NCBI GenBank assembly: GCA_016700155.1
Contig: CP065001.1
Coordinates: forward strand, 2,746,659-2,810,658
Source: Ignavibacteriales bacterium
GTDB taxonomy: Bacteria; Bacteroidota; Ignavibacteria; Ignavibacteriales; Ignavibacteriaceae
Length of the DNA stretch: 64,000 nt
Reading direction: 5' to 3'
In this document: one piece after another, positions 49,989 through 59,437 of the stretch
Position numbering within the stretch: position 1 is the stretch's first letter
How the letters are laid out: every line of letters begins with the position of its first letter
The notes under the pieces: generated by a model
Databases searched by the model: none
What the model was told of the DNA's origin: nothing
The model's input: the letters and a program-made list of their open reading frames with translations, nothing else
Program-made: the position numbers and the translations under genes

Positions 49989-52076
49989 TTTGCGCATAAG
50001 TCTTGTTGAATTTATAATGGCAAGCAGGGCGACACCCATATCTGCAAATACGGCTTCCCACATTGATGCGATACCTGCGCTGCCCATAGCTATAAAGATT
50101 GCTTTAACACCCATAGCAAAGAAAATATTCTGCCATACAATTTTACGGGTTTGTTTAGCCACATCAATTGCTTCACCTATCTTTGAAAGACTGTCTGTCA
50201 TAATCACAACATCGGCTGCTTCAATAGCGGCATCGGAACCATACGCGCCCATCGCAATTCCTATATCAGCTCTTGAAAGTACGGGCGCATCGTTTATTCC
50301 GTCACCGACAAATGCAATCTTTCCCGAATGTTTTTTCTCTGAAATAATTTTCTCCAGGTGCGATACTTTTTCTTCAGGCATCAATCCTGAATAAACTTTA
50401 TCAGCGCTGACATTTGAGGCAATCAAGTTCGCTGACTTTTCATTATCGCCTGTAAGTATTATTTGTTCATGAATCCCGGCTTCTTTTAGTTGTTTAAATG
50501 CGTCAGCAGAATCCGGTTTGATTTCATCGGAAACAGAAATGAAACCTGCATACTTATTATTCATCGCAATATGTACAACAGTTTCACTCAACTCACACTT
50601 GTCGTGTTCAATTGATTCTTTGTGAAGTATTCTGTCATTACCCGCTACAATAATTTTATCTCCTGATTCAACTTTTACACCGTGACCCGGAACTTCTTCA
50701 TAATTCTTTATATCAGAATTTTGTATAGTTATTCCGGACTTATCTTTTATTGCAACGGCAATTGGATGATTCGAATTTGATTCAGCTATTGATGCATATC
50801 TGAGCAGTTCATTTTCACTAAAGCCATTTAACGGTTTTACACTTGTGACATCAAATCTTCCCTTTGTTATAGTGCCGGTTTTATCGTAGACAATTGTTTT
50901 TACTTCTGTCAGTGCATCAAGATAATTTGAACCTTTGACAAGAATCCCTCTTCTCGAAGCCGCCCCGATTCCTCCAAAATAACCAAGCGGAATACTTATA
51001 ACTAATGCGCACGGACATGATATTACAAGGATTACCAATGCCCTGTAAATCCACTCTGAATATGTTTCACTGAATGGATAAAGTAGTGGAGGCAGAAAAG
51101 CTATCAATGTCGCGATTGCGACTACAGCGGGTGTATAATACCTGGCAAACTTTGAAATGAATTTTTCCGGTTCAGCTTTTTTGGAGACGGCATTTTCAGC
51201 GAGGTGTAATATTTTTGCAACAGAAGTATCACTAAATAATTTTATTGTTTTAATTTTTAGTAAAGATGATTTATTAATCGTTCCTGCCAGGACTGTGCTT
51301 CCGGGCTTAACAAATTTCGGAATCGATTCGCCTGTTAATGGCATGGTATCAAGATAGGACTCGCCTTCCGTTACAGTACCATCAAGAGGAATCTTTTCAC
51401 CAGGTTTGACAATTATTTCTGATCCAATAGTGATTGCTTCAGGTGAAACTTTGATTACTTCACCATTTATTAACTGATTTGCAGAATCCGGTTTAAATTC
51501 AAGAAGTGATTTGATGGAGTTTCTTGATCGTCTTACAGAAAGCCCCTGAAGGAATTCACCAATATTATAAAAAAGCATTACAGCTACTGCTTCATTTAAT
51601 TCATTAATAGCAATAGCACCAATTGTGGCAATAGCCATTAAAAAATTTTCATCAAATATTTTTCCGCGAAAAATATTCTTTATTGCTTTTAATAATACAG
51701 TCCAGCCGCTGACCAGGTATGCACTAATAAAAAGAAAAATTAAAACCAAAGATCCTGCATCAAAAATTCTTAATGATTCAAAAAGGATTGCACATCCAAA
51801 TAGAATAAGAACCAAAACAATCCTTATTATCTCATTTCTCACCTTTTCATCGTCATCATCTTTCAAACTTTTAAATGAAGCTATCCTTTCAACAACAATA
51901 TTGTCATCAACTTCAGCAATTGCAGCTTTGATCCTATCAAAGTCATCGTAATCAATTTTTAAAACAGATGTAAGTGTGTTGATACTGATATTTCTGACAT
52001 TATCAATTTTGTTCAGTCGGGTTTCAATTTTATGAGCACAAGCCGCACAGTCTAAATTTTTAAGTTTGATTTCCAT
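49986..52076 (-). CDS. Heavy-metal (Cd/Zn/Co-type) translocating P1B-type ATPase
   Basis: N-terminal HMA 'CAAC', membrane 'CPC' motif ('SCPCALVIS'), 'DKTGTIT' phosphorylation site and a 'GDGINDAP' hinge. Confidence 0.85.
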   Translation of the reverse strand: MEIKLKNLDCAACAHKIETRLNKIDNVRNISINTLTSVLKIDYDDFDRIKAAIAEVDDNIVVERIASFKSLKDDDDEKVRNEIIRIVLVLILFGCAILFESLRIFDAGSLVLIFLFISAYLVSGWTVLLKAIKNIFRGKIFDENFLMAIATIGAIAINELNEAVAVMLFYNIGEFLQGLSVRRSRNSIKSLLEFKPDSANQLINGEVIKVSPEAITIGSEIIVKPGEKIPLDGTVTEGESYLDTMPLTGESIPKFVKPGSTVLAGTINKSSLLKIKTIKLFSDTSVAKILHLAENAVSKKAEPEKFISKFARYYTPAVVAIATLIAFLPPLLYPFSETYSEWIYRALVILVISCPCALVISIPLGYFGGIGAASRRGILVKGSNYLDALTEVKTIVYDKTGTITKGRFDVTSVKPLNGFSENELLRYASIAESNSNHPIAVAIKDKSGITIQNSDIKNYEEVPGHGVKVESGDKIIVAGNDRILHKESIEHDKCELSETVVHIAMNNKYAGFISVSDEIKPDSADAFKQLKEAGIHEQIILTGDNEKSANLIASNVSADKVYSGLMPEEKVSHLEKIISEKKHSGKIAFVGDGINDAPVLSRADIGIAMGAYGSDAAIEAADVVIMTDSLSKIGEAIDVAKQTRKIVWQNIFFAMGVKAIFIAMGSAGIASMWEAVFADMGVALLAIINSTRLMRK

Positions 52077-52177
52077 GTCGAAATAATTCTTTTAAGGAAT
52101 TTACTTTTGTTACAATCAACAAAAAAGTTTTTTTAAGTGCAAAAATAGATTAGACTTTGTTAGGATAGAAATACAGA

Positions 52178-52903
52178 TTAGAATGAACCGTTGTTCTCCA
52201 TACGCCGACCTCCCATGAATCTTTTCGAATAGTAATCGAGATCAAGCGATGAAACAATCACACCTTTTTTTGAACTGGCATGTGCAAATAAATTATCCCC
52301 AATATAAATTCCCACATGTCCGGGTTTTACTCTTCTGCGGGTATTAAAAAAAACGAGATCACCAAATTTTAACTCTTCCCTGTTATCAATTTTAGTCCCT
52401 TGTGTATACTGCTCTCTTGCAGATCTCAGAAGCTGGATTGAAAGGGTGTTATTGAAAATAGTCTGTGTAAATGCGGAACAGTCAATTCCTTTTTTTGAAT
52501 TACCGCCATACTTATAAGGTGTGTTGAGATACTCGATTATTTCCATCAAAACTTTTTCCTGCATGTTACTATAGTCAGCAGATATTTGAGAACTATTATC
52601 TGATGGATTAATTTTTCTAACTACTTCAGAAAAAGAGACTGCTGTTTCTTCATCTGGAAATTCATCGGAATCTGAATCATCTACAAGATAGTCCCATTCA
52701 AGCGAATCGGCATCCTCTATATCAACGGGGCTTGTTTGTACTGTATCGACTGAAGTGAACCGGACACTGTTCTCGTAGCGTTCTGAAATTGTCTCGCCGG
52801 ATGATTTATAACGTAATGAATTTGAGGAGGAAGCACAGCCGGAATTGAAACTAATCCCGGCTATGATGATGATTGAAACAAAATATCTTTGAAGTTTAAT
52901 CAT
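52178..52903 (-). CDS. NlpC/P60-family peptidoglycan endopeptidase lipoprotein
   Basis: The lipobox 'FNSGC' follows the signal peptide. The C-terminal catalytic triad context reads 'GIDCSAF…GDLVFF…HVGIY'. Confidence 0.75.
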   Translation of the reverse strand: MIKLQRYFVSIIIIAGISFNSGCASSSNSLRYKSSGETISERYENSVRFTSVDTVQTSPVDIEDADSLEWDYLVDDSDSDEFPDEETAVSFSEVVRKINPSDNSSQISADYSNMQEKVLMEIIEYLNTPYKYGGNSKKGIDCSAFTQTIFNNTLSIQLLRSAREQYTQGTKIDNREELKFGDLVFFNTRRRVKPGHVGIYIGDNLFAHASSKKGVIVSSLDLDYYSKRFMGGRRMENNGSF

Positions 52904-52909
52904 TAAACC

Positions 52910-53764
52910 TCAACCCAGGTAAGTTCTCAGGTTTTTACTTCTGGAAGCGTGTCTGAGTCTGCGGATTGCTTTTTCTTTAATCTGTCTTACGCGTTCACGT
53001 GTTAAATTAAATCTTTCGCCTATTTCTTCAAGAGTAAGTGAGTGTTCTTTATTCAAACCGAAGTATAATTTTATTACCTCGGCTTCTCTTTCTGTTAAAG
53101 TTGAAAGTGCGCGGTCAATTTCTGTTTTAAGCGATTCAGTCATCAGCGTGTGATCCGGTGATGGTTGCTGATCATTCTGAATCACATCAAGAAGCCTGTT
53201 ATCCTCCCCCTGCGCGAATGGCGCATCCATTGAAACATGTCTGCCGGAAATTTTTAAAGTGTCTGCCACTTCACTAACATCCATATCAAGTTCCTGGGCT
53301 AGTTCGGTAGCGCTTGGCTCTCTCTCAAATTCCTGTTCAAGGTTGCTGTACGCTTTTCCTATTTTATTTAAAGCTCCGACTCTGTTTAACGGCAGGCGCA
53401 CTATTCTTGACTGCTCAGCAAGTGCCTGAAGAATAGATTGTCTGATCCACCAAACCGCATAAGAAATAAATTTAAATCCTCTTGTTTCGTCGAATCTTTT
53501 AGCTGCTTTTATTAACCCGAGGTTCCCTTCGTTTATTAAGTCACCGAGAGACAAACCCTGGTTCTGATATTGTTTAGCAACACTTACTACGAAACGAAGA
53601 TTCGCTTTAGTTAACATCTCTAACGCAAGCTGATCACCCTTTTTTATTCGTATCGCAAGTTCTATTTCCTGATCCGGTACAAGAAGATCAACCTTTCCAA
53701 TTTCCTGCAAGTATTTATCAAGAGACTGGCTCTCCCGATTTGTATATTGCTTGGTTATTCTCAC
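52910..53764 (-). CDS. rpoD: Primary-type RNA polymerase sigma-70 factor (RpoD/SigA, compact FCB-group form)
   Basis: Region 2 motif '[35 protein letters not shown]' and a region 4 HTH. The 284-aa length is typical of Bacteroidetes-type SigA. Confidence 0.8.
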   Translation of the reverse strand: MRITKQYTNRESQSLDKYLQEIGKVDLLVPDQEIELAIRIKKGDQLALEMLTKANLRFVVSVAKQYQNQGLSLGDLINEGNLGLIKAAKRFDETRGFKFISYAVWWIRQSILQALAEQSRIVRLPLNRVGALNKIGKAYSNLEQEFEREPSATELAQELDMDVSEVADTLKISGRHVSMDAPFAQGEDNRLLDVIQNDQQPSPDHTLMTESLKTEIDRALSTLTEREAEVIKLYFGLNKEHSLTLEEIGERFNLTRERVRQIKEKAIRRLRHASRSKNLRTYLG

Positions 53765-53785
53765 TAAATCACCTCGTCTTTTCGT

Positions 53786-54061
53786 TCATTGATTTATTGT
53801 ATCTACTATTCCGACTATCGAAGCATCAACCGGGGCAAAATCGACCGGCAGTGGTATTACAGCTTCAGATGCTGTTATATAAAAAATTATTTCACCCGGT
53901 CCCGCACCCACTGTATCAACTGCAATAAGCGGTTCGCCATTATTTTTCTTTTCAGAATTCAAGGGCTGAACAATCAGAAACTTGAAATTCTCTAAAGTTT
54001 CATATTTCCTTGTAGCCCAAACTGTTCCTATAACTTTTCCAAGGAACATCAGGATCTCCAT
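53786..54061 (-). CDS. Bacterial-microcompartment vertex (BMC-P; EutN/CcmL/PduN family) protein, copy 2
   Basis: 'FLGKVIGTVWATRK…IAVDTVGAGPGEIIF' resembles EutN 'VIGTVVSTQK…VAVDLVGAGAGD'. Confidence 0.7.
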   Translation of the reverse strand: MEILMFLGKVIGTVWATRKYETLENFKFLIVQPLNSEKKNNGEPLIAVDTVGAGPGEIIFYITASEAVIPLPVDFAPVDASIVGIVDTINQ

Positions 54062-54153
54062 ATATTGTTTATGGAGTCGTTAAATCTATTGAAAACAGCC
54101 GGAAATTTAACATTAAATGGGCTCAAATAAAAGGTAAAAATCTTGTGAACCAT

Positions 54154-54432
54154 CTATTTTGAGACCTCATTTACATCAATTTTATCAACAATAGCCATAA
54201 TTACTGCGTCTACCGGTTTATTTTTTGTTATCTCAGTCTGACGTGAAGAACTTCCGGTCGCAACCAAAACAATTTCTCCTACACCTGCCCCAACACTATC
54301 CACTGCAACTACGAAGTCAGGTTTTTCAATTAAACTCAGATCTAATCTTTTAACAACAAGAAACTTTGAGCCAACAAGATTTTCATCCTTTTGTGTACTC
54401 CATACTGTTCCAATAACTTTTCCGATAAACAA
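54154..54432 (-). CDS. Bacterial-microcompartment vertex (BMC-P; EutN/CcmL/PduN family) protein, copy 1
   Basis: 'MFIGKVIGTVWSTQKDENLVGSKFLVVKRL…VVAVDSVGAGVGEIVLVATGSSSRQ' aligns along its full length with E. coli EutN. Confidence 0.75.
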   Translation of the reverse strand: MFIGKVIGTVWSTQKDENLVGSKFLVVKRLDLSLIEKPDFVVAVDSVGAGVGEIVLVATGSSSRQTEITKNKPVDAVIMAIVDKIDVNEVSK

Positions 54433-54435
54433 TTG

Positions 54436-54825
54436 TTACCTCTTTGGGATTATTACTTTAACCTGATCGGATACGTTTTTATATTTTTTATTATCCAGAG
54501 TTACAATTTTTAGTTTATTTATTTTTGCCAATACATAAACCAATGCATCCCTGTTTGTTCTTACTTTTTTATTCAGACCAGGAACTGATAAACTATATCT
54601 TGAATTCAATCCCAGTACTTTTAATGAATTTAATAATTGAATTACTGAATCCCTATCCTCAATATTATTCACTGAAAATAAAAGTTCAGAGGCATTAATA
54701 ACGGATGTGTAACATATTCCTTTTTGCATAAACTTTTCCAGCGTCGACTCAGTCGCTTTTGTTTTATGAGTGAGATGCTCAATAAGTATATCAGTTTCAA
54801 TAAGGAATTCCTGAGCTTTTACCAA
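54436..54825 (-). CDS. PIN-domain-like protein (VapC-like?)
   Basis: Acidic residues sit at PIN-like positions ('LIETDILIEHL', '…ASELLF', 'RDALVY…TLDNKK'). The assignment is weak. Confidence 0.35.
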   Translation of the reverse strand: MVKAQEFLIETDILIEHLTHKTKATESTLEKFMQKGICYTSVINASELLFSVNNIEDRDSVIQLLNSLKVLGLNSRYSLSVPGLNKKVRTNRDALVYVLAKINKLKIVTLDNKKYKNVSDQVKVIIPKR

Positions 54826-54827
54826 TT

Positions 54828-55130
54828 TCAGTTTTTAATATTTAATTTTTTGATACTTCCCTTACTCTTATAAAATCCTATCAGCAGTTCATCATTTAAT
54901 GATTGTACTTGTTTTATAAGGCTCTTCTTTCTTTCTGGAATGAGATTCAGCATTTCATCTTCAGTAGAAATCGGAATTACTTCAATCTGAACTTTTTTAA
55001 TCGCATATTGTTTTACATAGTCGACAAAGTCGACTGGCAAACTTTTAAATTGAATCTCATCAACTTTTTCTATCCAGGTAAATTTATTTTTTACTGAATT
55101 TTTATTCATTGAGAAAACTTTTTCCGTCAA
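54828..55130 (-). CDS. Hypothetical 100-aa protein (possible partner of the PIN-like gene)
   Basis: ORF only. It is separated by 2 nt from the downstream PIN-like gene and overlaps the deoB stop. Confidence 0.3.
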   Translation of the reverse strand: MTEKVFSMNKNSVKNKFTWIEKVDEIQFKSLPVDFVDYVKQYAIKKVQIEVIPISTEDEMLNLIPERKKSLIKQVQSLNDELLIGFYKSKGSIKKLNIKN

Positions 55131-56265
55131 GATTATTTTTCACATTATAAAAAGCGGCAACAGTTTTACCGACATCAGCAAATGTACTACGAACACCCAA
55201 ATCTTTTCCGGTTTTGTTTTTACCATAGTACAAAATCGGAACATACTCCCGGCTGTGATCTGTACTTGGTGTAGTAGGATCATTACCATGGTCCGCTGTA
55301 ATAATTAACCTGTCTGATGCATTTAAAGTTTCCAAAAAATCAGGCAAAAATTTATCAAATTGCTCAAGCGCTTTAGCAAATCCTTCTGGATCATTTCTAT
55401 GCCCATAATAGACATCGAAATCCACCAGGTTTGCAAATATCAAACTATCTTTAGCTTTAGACGAATATTCCAAAAGTTTGTTACAACCTTGTTCGTTCGA
55501 TTTTGTGAATTCAGGAGTAACTATGCCCCGATGATTAAACAGGTCATTTATCTTTCCGATAGCAACGGTTTTAATTCCATTGGATTTTAAAACATCCAGA
55601 ACCGTATCCGATGGCGGTGATAGCGAAAAATCTTTCCTGTTTGTAGTTCTTGTAAATCGACCGTCACTTCCAATAAATGGACGAGCTATAACTCTGGCTA
55701 CATTTAATGGTTCAATTAATACTTTGCTTCTTGTTGTCTCACAAATTCTGTACAGTTCTTTTAAAGGAATTATATCCTCGTGCGCAGCAATTTGAAAGAC
55801 AGAATCCGCTGAAGTATAAACAATAGGGTAACCGGTTCTGATATGCTCTTCACCAAGCTGCTGAATTATTTCTGTGCCTGATGCTGCGATGTTTCCAAGG
55901 TATCCTTCAATCTGATTCAAATGCAAAAATTTGTCAATTATGTAGTCCGGAAATCCAGAATGAAAATATGAAAAATCCTTTTCGAGAATTATTCCGCCTA
56001 ATTCCCAATGCCCTGTGGTCGAATCTTTCCCTTTTGAACTTTCAATCATTTTTCCGAAAGATGCTTTCGGCTGTTCGGTTTTATTCACACCTTTAATTCC
56101 CGTGATGTTGCCTAAACCCAGGTTACAAAGGTTTGGAAGGTTTAGTCCGTTCACTGCTTCGGCAATATTGACGAGAGTGTTACTGCCTTCATCATTGTAT
56201 TTTTTAGCATCCGGCAATTCGCCGATACCAACTCCATCAAGTACAATGATAAAGAAATTATTCAA
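55102..56265 (-). CDS. deoB: Phosphopentomutase
   Basis: 'MNNFFIIVLDGVGIGELPDA' alkaline-phosphatase-superfamily N-terminus typical of DeoB, with the 'TADHGNDPT' metal site. Confidence 0.85.
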   Translation of the reverse strand: MNNFFIIVLDGVGIGELPDAKKYNDEGSNTLVNIAEAVNGLNLPNLCNLGLGNITGIKGVNKTEQPKASFGKMIESSKGKDSTTGHWELGGIILEKDFSYFHSGFPDYIIDKFLHLNQIEGYLGNIAASGTEIIQQLGEEHIRTGYPIVYTSADSVFQIAAHEDIIPLKELYRICETTRSKVLIEPLNVARVIARPFIGSDGRFTRTTNRKDFSLSPPSDTVLDVLKSNGIKTVAIGKINDLFNHRGIVTPEFTKSNEQGCNKLLEYSSKAKDSLIFANLVDFDVYYGHRNDPEGFAKALEQFDKFLPDFLETLNASDRLIITADHGNDPTTPSTDHSREYVPILYYGKNKTGKDLGVRSTFADVGKTVAAFYNVKNNLDGKSFLNE

Positions 56266-56292
56266 AGAAATCTTTCTAAGAAATTGTAAGGA

Positions 56293-58167
56293 CTAATTAA
56301 TATTTTTTACTGTATTTCCGCCGCGTTCAACAGCTTTTTGAAGAGCAAGATCTGCATTATGAATGACTTCATCAACATTTAGTTTATTTGTTGTGGATGC
56401 CACTCCGACAGATATAGTATATGTAGTTTGTTTAGTAACAACAGCAATCGGTTTACGTGCAATTTTAACTCGAAGTTTTTCAGCCCATATAAAAACATCT
56501 TTTGTAGTTGAGTTAAAGAAATAAACCGCAAAAACTTTCTCATCAAGTCTGCCGTAGATGTTTAACGGCGTCATTTCTTTGGCAATACTCTCTGAAATTG
56601 TTGAAAGAACTTTTGGAAATGGATTACCATCAAAAAGTGATTCCTGTTCAAGAAAATCATCAATCTTGATTAGGGCAAGAGCGCCGGGAATCTTTAATTG
56701 TTCAGATTTTATAAGATCAGAGCTTAGTCTTTCTTTAAATGTATCTGCATTCAATGCCCTTGTTTCAACATCAAAAGCCAGATAGCTTTGTAAAAGTTTT
56801 TGGGATGAGTATGAGTAAATGACGAACGAAATAATATTCAGTGCGCTTCGCAAAAACTGAACATCTGAATTTGTGAAAGCATTCTTTTTCAAACTTTCAA
56901 AACACAGCACTCCGTAATTCTGATCTTTATAAACCAGCGGCACTGCAAGAAAAGAACCGTCAAAACTTACATCCTCAACCTTGGAAAATCTTTTGAAAGT
57001 TCCATTTGATGTGTCATCAATCTTCACCGGAATACCTGTTACAATAGATTTACCCACAAGTGTTCCGGAAATTTCAATCGTAAGATTCTCACCAATATAT
57101 TTTAATGAAGTGTTGTTAACTATTTTAATTGTCCTGAACTGCTTTTCAATCGGATCATAAAAAACAAATGCGAATGCGTCCCAGGGAATCAGCAAACTAA
57201 CTGATTCATGCAAAGTCCTGATCAGATCTTCCTGACTTTCAAGTTTGTTATCAGGGCCGATTAGATTCAGCAAGGCCTTTAATCTCTGCTGTGAAACCGA
57301 TTCATTATGTTTTTCCTCAAAGATAGTTATCAACATTGTAAGGACACGTACAAATCTTCCAAGTGCATAAATAGTTTCTATTCCAAATGCATCACCGACT
57401 TTTGAATCAACGGCAATTATTGCAATTAATGATTTTTCATAGAACAACGGAACACCAACAAAACTTCTTATACCTTGTGCTGAATCATAGTACCTTATAA
57501 CATCCGCTTCTGCAGCGGGTGAAATATCGCTCAATAATTCTGGTTCACCCCTCTGAACTATCTTGCTGAGTATATCATCTTCCAGGTCAAATTTTCTGTT
57601 TGCTACTTCGGTTGATACAGATTTAAATCTTTCGATTGAAAGTTTTTCCTTATTCCTGTGATACCAGAAAAAGATTGCGGTATGAGCAGAGTAAGCTTCT
57701 TTGATAACGGTGAGCATTTTTTCAAGCACAAAACTAAATTGCCCGTTGTGACCCATTCCTGTTGGAAATGATTCGTTCGCTATTTCATCAAATCTCTCTT
57801 TAAGGTCAGGCGGCTTTAACGTTACTTTTGAAGGTCTGAATTCCGGTCTATAGTTATCAGCAGTTATAACATCAGGGTTCGTCTGACGCGAAATAATTTT
57901 AAAAGATTCATCAACAGGTGTTGGTTTGGATTCAAATCCATCTTCGGAAATATCATCCTCAAAATCTTTGTTGTTAAAATTATCTTCAAAACGGAGTGAG
58001 TCGCGAAGGAATATTATGAAAGCTATATATATCAGCAGCAAAGCAAGTGTAATCACCCTTATTACTGTATCGTCTGTAATAAAAAGGAAAATTGCTAAGA
58101 CAGGAACAACTAAAAAAATGAGGATTCTTTTTTTCTGCCGGCGGTCCATATCCAGAAGTACGCTCAC
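56293..58167 (-). CDS. Membrane-anchored GAF-domain protein with a degenerate C-terminal GGDEF domain
   Basis: Two N-terminal TM helices and GAF-like regions. The C-terminal GGDEF fold keeps 'ALALIKIDDF' and 'YTISVGVA', but its active site reads 'RLDEKVF' rather than GG[DE]EF. Confidence 0.6.
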   Translation of the reverse strand: MSVLLDMDRRQKKRILIFLVVPVLAIFLFITDDTVIRVITLALLLIYIAFIIFLRDSLRFEDNFNNKDFEDDISEDGFESKPTPVDESFKIISRQTNPDVITADNYRPEFRPSKVTLKPPDLKERFDEIANESFPTGMGHNGQFSFVLEKMLTVIKEAYSAHTAIFFWYHRNKEKLSIERFKSVSTEVANRKFDLEDDILSKIVQRGEPELLSDISPAAEADVIRYYDSAQGIRSFVGVPLFYEKSLIAIIAVDSKVGDAFGIETIYALGRFVRVLTMLITIFEEKHNESVSQQRLKALLNLIGPDNKLESQEDLIRTLHESVSLLIPWDAFAFVFYDPIEKQFRTIKIVNNTSLKYIGENLTIEISGTLVGKSIVTGIPVKIDDTSNGTFKRFSKVEDVSFDGSFLAVPLVYKDQNYGVLCFESLKKNAFTNSDVQFLRSALNIISFVIYSYSSQKLLQSYLAFDVETRALNADTFKERLSSDLIKSEQLKIPGALALIKIDDFLEQESLFDGNPFPKVLSTISESIAKEMTPLNIYGRLDEKVFAVYFFNSTTKDVFIWAEKLRVKIARKPIAVVTKQTTYTISVGVASTTNKLNVDEVIHNADLALQKAVERGGNTVKNIN

Positions 58168-58241
58168 AGTTTAATAAATTTGTTGAGAAATATAGGTTTA
58201 CGTTTTTTTAATAGCAAATAAACAAAAGCTATTAAAGTAAT

Positions 58242-58826
58242 TCAATAAAATTTTTTATTAAGCCTGCTAAGAATTTCTTTTCTTCCATTCTTCTTAACGG
58301 CTGAGTATAAAAAAAGGTTTTCGTTGAATTGAAGTCCGGGTATCATCTCTGAAACTACCGACTTTGCTTTATTAAATTCGGATTGCTTTAGTTTATCGGA
58401 TTTAGTAAGCACAACAATGCGATCACAGTTTACTGATAACAGATATTCATTAAGTTTTAGGTCAAGTTCAGTTGGTTTGTGACGGCTGTCTATCAAATGA
58501 AAAGCGAGTACAATTTTTTCTTCTGATTTGATAAAATCCTGAATTAACCTTCCCCAGTATTCTCTTTCTTTCTTACTTGTTTTGGCGTATCCGTAACCCG
58601 GAAGGTCAACTATAAAAAAATTATCATCGATAAGGTAGTAGTTAAGTGAACGTGTTTTACCAGGAGTTGAACTTATTTTTGCCAGATCTTTTCGATTGAA
58701 CAGCGAGTTGATAAAAGAAGATTTCCCTACATTGGATCTTCCGCAAAGTATAACAACAGGATAATTATGTTTGGGTAATCCTTTAAGGTCAAATACTGAT
58801 TGAATGAATTCCTGTTTGTCAAACAT
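58242..58826 (-). CDS. engB: Ribosome-biogenesis GTPase YihA/EngB
   Basis: G1 'GRSNVGKSS' and G3 'DLPGYG' motifs in a 194-aa protein. Confidence 0.85.
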   Translation of the reverse strand: MFDKQEFIQSVFDLKGLPKHNYPVVILCGRSNVGKSSFINSLFNRKDLAKISSTPGKTRSLNYYLIDDNFFIVDLPGYGYAKTSKKEREYWGRLIQDFIKSEEKIVLAFHLIDSRHKPTELDLKLNEYLLSVNCDRIVVLTKSDKLKQSEFNKAKSVVSEMIPGLQFNENLFLYSAVKKNGRKEILSRLNKKFY

Positions 58827-58855
58827 AAAACTGAATTAAGATGGTTGGATATTGT

Positions 58856-58887
58856 TCAAAATAAAAAACCCCGAATTCATCGGGGTT
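58856..58887 (-). terminator. Rho-independent terminator after rplQ (AACCCCGA-tgaat-TCGGGGTT plus U-tract on the minus strand)
   Basis: 8-bp GC-rich stem followed by TTTTATTTT on the transcribed (minus) strand. Confidence 0.7.
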
Positions 58888-58909
58888 TGAATTTTTTCTT
58901 CAGAAAAGA

Positions 58910-59416
58910 TTATTTCTCTTTTTTCTTTCGTTTCGGTTTGGCTTCGGTAGTTTCATCTACAACGACCGCATCCTCAATCTTTTCTTCTTTTTCTTTCTTT
59001 GATTCGGCTTTAGCTTTTCTCTTTTCCTTTTTCTCTTCAGCCTTTTCATTTATTACATCATTATAATCAACAAGCTCAATCAACGCCATTTCAGCAGCAT
59101 CTCCAAGCCTGTTTCCTAGTTTAATGACGCGTGTATAACCACCGGGTCTGTCGCCGACTTTCTGAATTATTTCCGCAAAGAGTTCTTTTACAACTTCTTT
59201 ATCATTCACAACGCTCATTATCTGACGTTTGGCATGGAGGTCGTTTTTCTTTGCTTTGGTAATCAAAGCCTCTACAAATCCTCTTGTCTCCTTTGCTTTT
59301 GCGAGTGTTGTTTTAATTCTTTTATGCTTTAAAAGAGAAGTAGCAAGTGAGTTCATCAATGCTGCACGATGGCTTGCGGTTCTTTTAAGCTTTCTTCCTT
59401 TTACTCTATGTCTCAT
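58910..59416 (-). CDS. rplQ: 50S ribosomal protein L17 with a Lys/Glu-rich C-terminal extension
   Basis: '[24 protein letters not shown]' matches L17. About 50 extra residues of K/E-rich tail follow. Confidence 0.9.
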   Translation of the reverse strand: MRHRVKGRKLKRTASHRAALMNSLATSLLKHKRIKTTLAKAKETRGFVEALITKAKKNDLHAKRQIMSVVNDKEVVKELFAEIIQKVGDRPGGYTRVIKLGNRLGDAAEMALIELVDYNDVINEKAEEKKEKRKAKAESKKEKEEKIEDAVVVDETTEAKPKRKKKEK

Positions 59417-59437
59417 TTAAAACCTTCGTCAAAAAAA

